A stretch of DNA of 64,000 bases from Salinivirgaceae bacterium (GTDB taxonomy: Bacteria; Bacteroidota; Bacteroidia; Bacteroidales; SZUA-534), in the NCBI GenBank assembly GCA_024405635.1, contig JAKSOL010000004.1, positions 83,563 through 147,562 on the forward strand, given 5' to 3'. Positions 39,601 to 47,101 of this stretch are shown here, in pieces (the first letter of the stretch is position 1; each line of letters opens with the position of its first letter). Made by a program: the position numbers and the translations under genes. The notes below the pieces were generated by a model. The model saw only the letters and a program-made list of their open reading frames with translations. It searched no databases and was not told the origin of the DNA.

Positions 39601-39776
39601 TTGCAGTGTATAATGCCAATGGTAAGCAAATAATGTCAAAAGAGGTAGTTGCCGAATCGGGCATTATGCGCATAAAAATTGATGTAAGCACACTGCCTAC
39701 AGGTAATTATGTGTGCATGTTGTGCCACAATGGTCATGTGAGCAAACAAATGTTTGTGGTGATGCGCGGAAAATAG
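36627..39776 (+). CDS. T9SS cargo protein: N-terminal LamG/ConA-like domain, Ig/PKD domains, type A CTD
   Basis: Signal peptide MKHILTLAFLFLAFIANA; LVAWFSAD...DKSGNSRHAVQ; YLWSNG/YLWSTG repeats; PKD motifs WWFGNG and WDFGDG; KPNPATD...IDVSTLPTGNY. TATATTTG promoter element at 36601-36608. Confidence 0.85.
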   Translation: MKHILTLAFLFLAFIANAQSTKSMRDIEGLVAWFSADSVHLTDDGHVDILYDKSGNSRHAVQNTVGKQPICMERDSSINYQRTLYFDGNDFFTSSFGQSISQPSTIVVLWQQLQSNASTTCYTGLSSTSRNQLYLSKNKFGLYAGLELNAKNVSTTTFKHSIFFSLFNGNNSFLAINNHITISGNVGGLASDGLIIGSYISNKYGIVGNITELIFINNTLSVADSSVIMDYLRDKYAPAVSLKEFNSSYGFKPMVFKKPWLTSLIWNDGYTDSIRVFSHNGFYKVTATDIFGFTSSDSAYISIVEPNALTDTTICLGDTITWNTNLAGPYTYLWSNGSTDPSLNISSGGQYWVVITDTAGYSWHSDIITVTVDSFPVQATLGPDTIRACVGNYIYLANGYESATSYLWSTGDTTNHFEIFESGLYSVSVVNNLGCRAIDTAYYHVEGIAPTVNFSYDSLCQTRNIKFTNLSHSNDESPISTFNWWFGNGDSSVQQNPEYTFQSSGNFEIKLMVECQNGCANEVRKSLTVWQLPTADFVPDAVCSDTETQLFSRSKSPDDTISLWQWTIGGIGYSEVNPKLQFADAGKVGVTLAVATAHGCTDTISKTIVVRKGPQADFNVGPVCVDAPISLTNATINYLNLAVDYKWEIDDTDFSNMRNAELVLNDTEPHKVVMTVRQHSNGCESSVHKTLQAKSRPNVGFDVNDVCANSLPKLIAAQGNNVEQLDCVWTIDTLPKIFGKSAQLINLKEGPHAITLVATDEVGCHDTASAIFNVLPDVQATFVADVAEGAVPLVVTFKNTTTQNSEFNWDFGDGYFATERNVQHTFADSGVFNVTLTSTTPNGCVTKAEKQISTRVAHSNLAIALAKANVVTDYIEIEATLINKGTVDEHNVLINCTNNLGLDITEALPDTIFAHKVYQHKLNARLNSRDLQNLEFVCLSIKSDNTDEDETDNEFCISFTDNRFVVLQPKPNPATDHVNIEFVTQDGGNAQLAVYNANGKQIMSKEVVAESGIMRIKIDVSTLPTGNYVCMLCHNGHVSKQMFVVMRGK

Positions 39777-39795
39777 AGTAGATATGTCATAGAAT

Positions 39796-39830
39796 AAAAA
39801 ACGCTCGGCTTTTAAAAAACCGAGCGTTTT
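39796..39830. terminator. Bidirectional terminator between convergent genes
   Basis: AAAAAACGCTCGG-loop-CCGAGCGTTTT. Confidence 0.75.
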
Positions 39831-39855
39831 GTGTAACTGAAAAGGTAGCTGATTG

Positions 39856-40512
39856 TTATTTGAAAGTCTCAATCAAAATTACGCCATTAGCAGCGCGCAC
39901 ACCGTAAATACTCGACGATGCAGCATCTTTTAGCACATCGATGCGTTTAACTTGGCTAGTTGGAATGTTGTTGAACGAGCTACTTTCAATGCCGTCAATT
40001 ATAATCATTGCGCATTGTGTCCCGTTAGGTGAACCAACACCCCTAATAATAACACAATCGCCATTAACCTGAACATTACTTACTGTGGCCGAAATGGCGT
40101 CACCAACGGTGGCAAAACGCCCGTATCCGTAATTTAAATCAATGTAAGTTGTTGCAGTTGTGCGGTTGTCTTCGCTAATGTATCCGTAGCCTATTGCTTT
40201 ATCAACAGCATCGCGTGTGCGGGGCGATTTTAGTTTAACAACAAGAGGTTGACGAGTTTTTGAACTTACTTTAATCTTTTGGGTGTCAAAAACCTTGCTA
40301 GTAAAAACCAACTCATCTTTATCGTTGCACACAATTGAAAAATTGCCTGTGCTATCCGACTTGGTTGTTGTTCCCGATTTTTTTGCACTAATGCTTAGAT
40401 TAGCTACTGGCAAATCGTTCATTACAACCACTCTGCCATTAACAACGTGCGTTTGTGCCAATGCGCTGAAACTTGTACAAATTGCTAGCGCAAATGATAG
40501 TATTTTCTTCAT
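39856..40512 (-). CDS. TonB-dependent receptor N-terminal extension + plug domain protein, no barrel
   Basis: Signal peptide; CarboxypepD_reg-like region (VNGRV...SDSTGNFSI); SusC-type plug IIRG...IIDG...IDVLKDAASSSIYGVRAANGVILIETFK, then stop. Confidence 0.85.
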   Translation of the reverse strand: MKKILSFALAICTSFSALAQTHVVNGRVVVMNDLPVANLSISAKKSGTTTKSDSTGNFSIVCNDKDELVFTSKVFDTQKIKVSSKTRQPLVVKLKSPRTRDAVDKAIGYGYISEDNRTTATTYIDLNYGYGRFATVGDAISATVSNVQVNGDCVIIRGVGSPNGTQCAMIIIDGIESSSFNNIPTSQVKRIDVLKDAASSSIYGVRAANGVILIETFK

Positions 40513-40590
40513 GTTTAGTAGATTGTAGTTATGACCGAAAGATAATTATTATGGCTTTTCGCCAAATACTTTTTACGTACTTTTATCGCG

Positions 40591-42417
40591 ATGGAATATA
40601 CCGAGCATTTGCAACATATTAAGGAGTTAATTGCCACGTTACCCGATAGTCCTGGCGTGTATCAGTATTTTGATAAAAACGGCACGGTGATTTATGTGGG
40701 CAAGGCAAAAAAACTAAAACGTCGCGTGTCGTCTTACTTCACTAAGTATCACGAGAGCGCTAAGTTGCGTGTGTTGGTTAAAAACATTGCCGACATTAAA
40801 CATATTGTGGTCGAAACTGAGCAAGATGCTTTGCTGCTCGAAAATAACTTGATAAAAAAGTATCAGCCTCGCTATAATTCGCTTTTAAAAGACGACAAAA
40901 CCTATCCGTGGATTTGTGTAAAAAACGAACCGTTTCCTCGTGTAATTTCAACTCGTAGGTTTGTGCGCGATGGCAGTACTTACTTTGGTCCTTATACTAG
41001 CACAACAACGTTGCGTATAATGCTCGACCTTATAAAGCAACTTTATCCGTTGCGCTCGTGCAATCAAACCGTTTGCAATCAAACAATAGCACAAGGCAAG
41101 CACAAGGTTTGTCTCGAATATCACATTGGCAACTGTCTTGGTCCATGCGAAGGTTTTCAAACTGAAAAAGATTATGCCGAAAACATAAGCGCCATTAAGG
41201 AATTGCTTCGTGGCAATATGGGTGCGGTTATCAATATGCTTAAGCAAAAAATGCTGGCCCTAAGTGCCGAATATAAGTTTGAACAAGCTCAAGTCGTAAA
41301 AAACAAAATGGACAAACTATCGGAGTTTCAAAGCAAATCAACCATAGTAAGTCCAACTATACACAATGTTGATGTGTTTAGTATTATCGACGACGAAAAC
41401 TTTGCCTACGTTAACTTTATGAAAGTGGTTAATGGAGCCATTGTTCAAGTTCACACCTTCGAGGTACAAAAACACGTTGACGAGGACCGCGAATCGATAT
41501 TGTTCACCGTAATTAACGAGGCTCGCGAGCGACTAATGTCCACCGCGTTTGAGATTATTGTGCCAATTGAACCTGAATTTGGATTTGAAAAAGTTGAGTT
41601 CACAGTCCCGGTTCGTGGCGATAAAAAGAAATTGCTCGACCTTAGCCAACGTAATGCTTTGGTTTATCGCGATGAAAAACTCAAGCGACAACTCAATCGC
41701 AGCCCGCAAAAACGAGTTGATAGACTAATGGAAACCATGCGCTCCGATTTGCGATTAAAAGAACCTCCTGTGCTTATCGAGGGCTTTGACAACTCAAACA
41801 TACAAGGAACAAACCCAGTGGCTTCGTGCGTAGTATTTCGCAATGGTGCGCCAAGCAAACGCGACTATCGCCACTTCAATATAAAAACCGTTGTAGGCGC
41901 AAACGACTTTGCCTCAATGGAGGAAATTATATATCGCCGTTATCGTCGTCAACTCGACGAAGGCAACCCTTTGCCGCAACTTATTCTAATCGATGGTGGT
42001 AAAGGCCAACTTGGTGCAGCAGTTAGCAGCCTTACCAAACTGGGAATAATTAACCGCGTGCAAGTTATCGGTATCGCTAAGCGGCTCGAAGAACTTTTCT
42101 ATCCAGGCGATCCTGTACCTTTGTACCTCGACAAAAACAGCGAGACACTGAAAGTGTTGCAGCATGTGCGAAACGAGTCGCACCGGTTTGGTATCGGATT
42201 CCATCGCGATAAGCGCTCAAAGGCCTTCTTGGTGTCAGAACTTGACTCAATAAAAGGAGTGGGCGACAAAACAAAAGAACTGCTGATGCGCGAATTTAAG
42301 TCGGTTGAGGCTATTAAAAACGCAACTTTCGACCAACTCGCTCATCATATTGGCGACTCAAAAGCAAAAATTGTGATGGAATATTTTGCCGAAAAGAAAC
42401 GTCAAGAAACACTTTAA
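40591..42417 (+). CDS. uvrC: Excinuclease ABC subunit C
   Basis: GIY-YIG PGVYQY...IYVGKAK, LKDDKTYP, FDNSNIQG, LIDGGKGQL, HhH IKGVG. Confidence 0.97.
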   Translation: MEYTEHLQHIKELIATLPDSPGVYQYFDKNGTVIYVGKAKKLKRRVSSYFTKYHESAKLRVLVKNIADIKHIVVETEQDALLLENNLIKKYQPRYNSLLKDDKTYPWICVKNEPFPRVISTRRFVRDGSTYFGPYTSTTTLRIMLDLIKQLYPLRSCNQTVCNQTIAQGKHKVCLEYHIGNCLGPCEGFQTEKDYAENISAIKELLRGNMGAVINMLKQKMLALSAEYKFEQAQVVKNKMDKLSEFQSKSTIVSPTIHNVDVFSIIDDENFAYVNFMKVVNGAIVQVHTFEVQKHVDEDRESILFTVINEARERLMSTAFEIIVPIEPEFGFEKVEFTVPVRGDKKKLLDLSQRNALVYRDEKLKRQLNRSPQKRVDRLMETMRSDLRLKEPPVLIEGFDNSNIQGTNPVASCVVFRNGAPSKRDYRHFNIKTVVGANDFASMEEIIYRRYRRQLDEGNPLPQLILIDGGKGQLGAAVSSLTKLGIINRVQVIGIAKRLEELFYPGDPVPLYLDKNSETLKVLQHVRNESHRFGIGFHRDKRSKAFLVSELDSIKGVGDKTKELLMREFKSVEAIKNATFDQLAHHIGDSKAKIVMEYFAEKKRQETL

Positions 42418-42451
42418 ACTTAATTACGAATAAAGAAAAACGAATAACAAA

Positions 42452-43129
42452 ATGCGCATCGATATACTATCAGTGGTGCCCGAATTACTCGATGGCCCAT
42501 TCAACCACAGCATTATTAAACGTGCAGCCCAAAAAGGCATTGCCGAGATTCACGTTCACAACATTCGCGACTATTCAACCGATAAACACCACCGTTGCGA
42601 CGATTATGCTTTTAGCGGAAGTGCTGGTATGGTTATGACTATTCAGCCCATTGAGGCAGCCATTGAGGCCTTGAAAAAAGAGCGCAACTACGATGCCATT
42701 ATATACACCTCACCCGATGGCGAAATGTTCAATCAACCTATGGCCAACCAACTATCGCAACTCAACAACATTATTATCCTATGTGGCCATTACAAAGGTG
42801 TTGACCAACGAGTACGCGACCATTTTATTACCCGCGAAATATCAATTGGCGACTATGTGCTCACTGGTGGTGAGTTGGCTGCTGCTGTTATTGCCGATTC
42901 TATTATTCGGCTTATTCCTGGCGCCATAAGCGACGAAACTTCAGCACTGTCCGATTCTTTTCAAGACAATCTGCTTTCGGCGCCAGTTTACACCCGTCCT
43001 GCCGATTACAAAGGGTGGAAAGTTCCCGATATCCTACTTTCGGGCAACGAACGAGCAATTGAAGAGTGGAAACTAGAGCAAGCTCTTGAACGTACACGTC
43101 GTCTCCGTCCCGATTTGCTTGGCGAATAA
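42452..43129 (+). CDS. trmD: tRNA (guanine-N1)-methyltransferase
   Basis: [36 protein letters not shown]. Confidence 0.97.
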   Translation: MRIDILSVVPELLDGPFNHSIIKRAAQKGIAEIHVHNIRDYSTDKHHRCDDYAFSGSAGMVMTIQPIEAAIEALKKERNYDAIIYTSPDGEMFNQPMANQLSQLNNIIILCGHYKGVDQRVRDHFITREISIGDYVLTGGELAAAVIADSIIRLIPGAISDETSALSDSFQDNLLSAPVYTRPADYKGWKVPDILLSGNERAIEEWKLEQALERTRRLRPDLLGE

Positions 43130-43162
43130 CTAACAAGAATGAACTAATAAAATAAACAACCA

Positions 43163-43846
43163 ATGAACGCGATTAGCCAAAAAGTTATGCCTTTTCTTAT
43201 CGACCTTGGCAATAACAACAATCGCCCGTGGTTTGAAACCAATCGCGGCCGTTACCAAGATGTGCTAGCTGAATTTACAGCATTTGTAACCGAACTCATC
43301 TCGCGCATCTCAGTTGACGATACAACTCTAGCAAACGTAAGTGCCAAAAGCTGCATTTACCGTATTTATCGCGATACGCGTTTCAGTGCCGACAAAACTC
43401 CATATAAAACGCACATGGCGGCTTCAATATCTGCAGCAGGAAAAAACCACGTCAGCCCATCGTTTTACGTTCATTTTCAACATGGAAACGAATCTATGTT
43501 TGGTGGAGGAATGTTTATAACGGATAGCAATCTACTCAAACAATTTCGCAACGAAATATGTTCTGTTCCCGAAGATTTTTACGATATAATTAACGCACCA
43601 GAGTTTCGCCGCTTTTATCCCGAAGGTTTGTGGGATTATCAAAAATTGAAGAACGTGCCAAAAGGTTATGATATTGATGAACGCTATGCCGACTTGCTCA
43701 AATACAAACACTACCTTATAACAGGGACGTTGCCCGATAAATCTTTGTCGGACGAGCACTTGATGGATTATTTGGTTGAAGCACATAGAGTTATACTCCC
43801 ATTTAACCGATTGCTACTCGATGTAATGAACTCAAGCAACGCGTAG
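43163..43846 (+). CDS. DUF2461 family protein
   Basis: NNNRPWF, IYRIYRDTRFSADKTPYKTH, LKNVPKGY. Confidence 0.9.
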   Translation: MNAISQKVMPFLIDLGNNNNRPWFETNRGRYQDVLAEFTAFVTELISRISVDDTTLANVSAKSCIYRIYRDTRFSADKTPYKTHMAASISAAGKNHVSPSFYVHFQHGNESMFGGGMFITDSNLLKQFRNEICSVPEDFYDIINAPEFRRFYPEGLWDYQKLKNVPKGYDIDERYADLLKYKHYLITGTLPDKSLSDEHLMDYLVEAHRVILPFNRLLLDVMNSSNA

Positions 43847-43870
43847 ATTTATTAGATAGTAGAAAAACAA

Positions 43871-43913
43871 AAAACCTTGCAAGCGATTGTTTAGCAACCA
43901 TTTGCAAGGTTTT
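43871..43913. terminator. Bidirectional hairpin between DUF2461 and the tRNA pair
   Basis: AAAACCTTGCAA ... TTGCAAGGTTTT, a 12-bp inverted repeat. Confidence 0.65.
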
Positions 43914-43922
43914 GTTGTTTAG

Positions 43923-44008
43923 TACCCGGAGCCGGTTTCGAACCGGCACGTCCATTACTGGACACAGGATTTTAAGTCCTGCGCGTCTACCGATTCCGCC
44001 ATCTGGGC
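43923..44008 (-). tRNA. tRNA-Leu(TAA)
   Basis: GCCCAGATGGCGGAATCGGTAGACGCG-CAGGA-CTTAAAA-TCCTG-long variable arm-GCCGGTTCGAAACCGGC-TCCGGGTA. CCA not encoded; one A-C mismatch in the acceptor stem. Confidence 0.93.
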
Positions 44009-44040
44009 AACCATTATTTGTGGAATGGGCAAAAAAAAAG

Positions 44041-44113
<73 letters not shown>

Positions 44114-44124
44114 GATTGCGGTTG

Positions 44125-44132
44125 CAAATATA
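44125..44132 (-). promoter_or_regulatory. -7 promoter element TATATTTG of the tRNA-Gly/tRNA-Leu transcript
   Basis: Minus strand TATATTTGCA ends about 10 nt before the tRNA-Gly 5' end. Confidence 0.7.
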
Positions 44133-44433
44133 GAGCTACTAGCCGTTTCTGCAATAGGTTTCTTATAAAAAGTTGAATTATTTTTAATGTCGATTGATTA
44201 TCAGTCGTTTATGATGATATTTTTTTTGAAAAACAACGTCGCAGTGCTTGTTTAGTTGGCATTTTTGAAGGTTTTTTGCCTTGTTTTTGTATCGAAAAAC
44301 GCGAGTTTTTGCGAAACGATGCTAAAAATTAAAGAAAAGAGCTCCAAAAAACGCATTTCGGCAAACCCCGATTTATTGCTATATTCGCACCGATTTGGCA
44401 AAAAATGCCACTATCGCTTAAAAAATCTGACAG

Positions 44434-45756
44434 ATGCAAGATAATATATCACGAGGTTGTCCTATTCAAAAAATTGATAATGAGACAACTAACTATTATT
44501 CGACCTATGCAGGCAAGTTGAATGTTTTTAACTGGCTTACAGGTATTCCTGAGGGAATTGATAAAAATGAGATATACGAGGTTCGTTTTAAAAATACTCG
44601 TAAGGGCTATTATTATAATTCTAGTGGTTTGCGCCTTGCCGAGGGCGACATTGTTGCGGTTGAGGCATCTCCAGGCCACGATGTGGGTATTATATCACTC
44701 AAAGGTTGGTTAGTGCTAAAACAACTTCAAAAGCATAACATTAGTCCAAAGTCGGAGTTTAAGACTATTTACCGCAAAGTAAAGCCAAGCGATATCGAAA
44801 AATGGAAAGAGGCTATCGATTTGGAGGAGCAGACAATGGTCGAGTCGCGCAAAATTTCAGCCGATCTTCGACTTAATATGAAAATTGGAGATGTTGAGTA
44901 TCAGGGTGATAAAACCAAGGCAATTTTCTATTACATAGCCGATGAGCGTGTCGATTTTCGCCAACTTATTAAAGTTTTGGCCGATAAATTCCGCATTCGT
45001 ATTGAGATGCGTCAAATTGGAGCGCGTCAAGAGGCTGGTCGCATCGGTGGTATTGGCTCATGTGGTCGAGAGTTGTGCTGCTCAACTTGGATGAGCAATT
45101 TTGTGTCGGTTACTACAACTGCGGCTCGTTATCAAGAATTGTCGCCCAATCCGCAAAAATTGGCAGGACAGTGCTGCAAACTTAAATGCTGCTTGAACTA
45201 CGAGGTTGACTCGTACATGGATGCTCGCAAGGATTTTCCTTCAACTGATACACCTATCATGACCGAAAACGGAAAGGCTTATCATGTTAAAACTGATGTC
45301 TATCGCCGTATGATGTGGTTCTCGGTCACCAACGATGCTAGTAGTTCTGAACTGATTCCTATTTCGGTTGAAAATGTTAAACGATATGTTGAATTGACTA
45401 AAAAAGGTCAAAAGGTTCAAATTGAGGCAGTTGTCGATGATAAAGATGATGCCGAAGAACTAGACTTTACCAACAACGTGGGCGAGGAGAGTATTACTCG
45501 ATTCGATAATCGTAAGAAAAAGAAAAAGCACCGTAAACCACAAGGAGGTGCAAACTCAGGTGGAGATCGTCAACAAGATTTAAAGGCAGAAGCACAATCT
45601 TCTGAAATATCTGAGAATCAAACTGTAGAAAATAAATCGGGTGATGCCCAGGTCGGAGATAATCGCCAAGAACGTCATCACCATCATCATCATAGACATA
45701 ACCATAACCATAATGGAAACCGTAATCGAGACAATCAAAAACCTGCTGAAGCTTAG
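44434..45756 (+). CDS. ricT: PSP1/YaaT (RicT) domain protein with His-rich C-terminal tail
   Basis: EVRFKNTRK, DERVDFRQLIK, RIEMRQIGARQEA, GSCGRELCC, KLAGQCCKLKCCLNYE. Confidence 0.88.
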   Translation: MQDNISRGCPIQKIDNETTNYYSTYAGKLNVFNWLTGIPEGIDKNEIYEVRFKNTRKGYYYNSSGLRLAEGDIVAVEASPGHDVGIISLKGWLVLKQLQKHNISPKSEFKTIYRKVKPSDIEKWKEAIDLEEQTMVESRKISADLRLNMKIGDVEYQGDKTKAIFYYIADERVDFRQLIKVLADKFRIRIEMRQIGARQEAGRIGGIGSCGRELCCSTWMSNFVSVTTTAARYQELSPNPQKLAGQCCKLKCCLNYEVDSYMDARKDFPSTDTPIMTENGKAYHVKTDVYRRMMWFSVTNDASSSELIPISVENVKRYVELTKKGQKVQIEAVVDDKDDAEELDFTNNVGEESITRFDNRKKKKKHRKPQGGANSGGDRQQDLKAEAQSSEISENQTVENKSGDAQVGDNRQERHHHHHHRHNHNHNGNRNRDNQKPAEA

Positions 45757-46195
45757 TTTGTTAGCTCTTGTGCTATGCGCTTGCGATAAGTACTCTGTTT
45801 ACGAACGTAACTATGACATGCGAGGCGAAGTGTGGAAAAGCGATAGCGTGCTTGTGTTTAACGCAAATATTGACGATACAACAGTCGCTTACAATATTCT
45901 GTTTAATAATAGAATTACTGGTCAATATCCATATAGTAATATGTATTTGTTTATTACTATCACCGCACCGGGTAATATGGTGATGCGTGATACTCTTGAT
46001 TGCGTTTTGGCCGACAATAGCGGTAAGTGGTTAGGTAAGGGATTTGGAGGAGTGTGGTCAAATACTGTGCGCTACAAAAGCAATATTCTATTCCCTCGAA
46101 GCGGAAACTATACTATAAAGGTTGAGCAAGCAATGCGCGTTTCTGAATTGCCACACGTGCTTGATGCAGGTTTGCGTATTGAGCGTGCACATTAA
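45713..46195 (+). CDS. gldH: Gliding motility lipoprotein GldH family
   Basis: ATG 45713; lipobox LCAC; YPYSNMYL, GKWLGKGFG, YTIKVEQAMR; follows the PSP1 gene as usual in Bacteroidota. Confidence 0.88.
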   Translation: METVIETIKNLLKLSLLALVLCACDKYSVYERNYDMRGEVWKSDSVLVFNANIDDTTVAYNILFNNRITGQYPYSNMYLFITITAPGNMVMRDTLDCVLADNSGKWLGKGFGGVWSNTVRYKSNILFPRSGNYTIKVEQAMRVSELPHVLDAGLRIERAH

Positions 46196-46213
46196 TCTAT
46201 AAATCAAATTGTT

Positions 46214-46969
46214 GTGGGAAAAGGTAAATTAGAAAAATTTCAAGAAATTGAAGGCTTTGCTAATGTAGTTCAGCCTTTGGTTACTGCATATAGCCAAACC
46301 GATCATGAATTAAAGGGACATTGGCACGAAAAAATGTTTGGGAACAATAATCCAATAGTTCTTGAATTGGGCTGTGGTAAAGGTGAATATACGGTTGGTT
46401 TGGCTCGACGTTTTCCAAACAAAAACTTTATTGGAGTAGATATAAAGGGTGCGCGCATTTGGCGAGGTGCAAAAACATCAAACGAGGAGCAGATGAAAAA
46501 TGTGGCTTTTTTGCGCACTCGTATCGAAACAATTACTTCATATTTTGCCGAAAACGAGATAAGCGAAATTTGGGTTACATTTCCAGACCCACAATTGAAA
46601 AAACGACGCGAAAAGAAACGCTTAACGTCTAATGTCTTTTTGTCGCTTTATCAAAAACTATTGGTTGATAATGGTTTGGTTAATCTAAAAACCGATAGCC
46701 AATTCTTGTATCTATATACAGTGGCAACGGCCGAGTGCAATGGCCTTGAAATTGACCACAAAACTGCCGATTTGTATTCTGAACCATGGCTTGATGATGT
46801 GCTATCAATAAAAACTTACTACGAACAATTACACATCGATGCTGGAACTAAAATATCGTATCTTAGTTTTCATTTGCCTAAAAATCAGCCACTTATTGCC
46901 CCTGATGGTTTTGACGACGAGCATCAAGATTTGAAAGATGAGAGTCGTGAGGTTGCTGAAGAGGAATAG
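46214..46969 (+). CDS. trmB: tRNA (guanine-N7)-methyltransferase
   Basis: LELGCGKGEY, GVDIKGAR, TFPDPQ, RLT, LKTDS, TYYE; GTG start. Confidence 0.95.
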   Translation: MGKGKLEKFQEIEGFANVVQPLVTAYSQTDHELKGHWHEKMFGNNNPIVLELGCGKGEYTVGLARRFPNKNFIGVDIKGARIWRGAKTSNEEQMKNVAFLRTRIETITSYFAENEISEIWVTFPDPQLKKRREKKRLTSNVFLSLYQKLLVDNGLVNLKTDSQFLYLYTVATAECNGLEIDHKTADLYSEPWLDDVLSIKTYYEQLHIDAGTKISYLSFHLPKNQPLIAPDGFDDEHQDLKDESREVAEEE

Positions 46970-47101
46970 TTTGCTACAACCTTTTGCTAAGCTTGGCAAT
47001 TCGTATGTAAAAAAATGGCAGATACTTGTCCTTGATGTAAAATAATAAATACTTTTACATTAGTTTTTTGCATATATATACGCAAAGAACATTATTAGAA
47101 A

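Noticed and set aside
43871-44008. Integrative element at tRNA-Leu (acceptor-stem A-C mismatch, downstream inverted repeat)
   Set aside because: No integrase, no duplicated tRNA 3' end noticed elsewhere in the window, and the flanking genes are housekeeping; the repeat is explained as a terminator.
44134-44433. Replication origin, suggested by an AT-rich gap and an apparent shift from C-rich to G/T-rich plus-strand genes
   Set aside because: No DnaA-box cluster here, spot counts of skew were inconsistent and confounded by codon usage, and a cumulative skew plot could not be computed.
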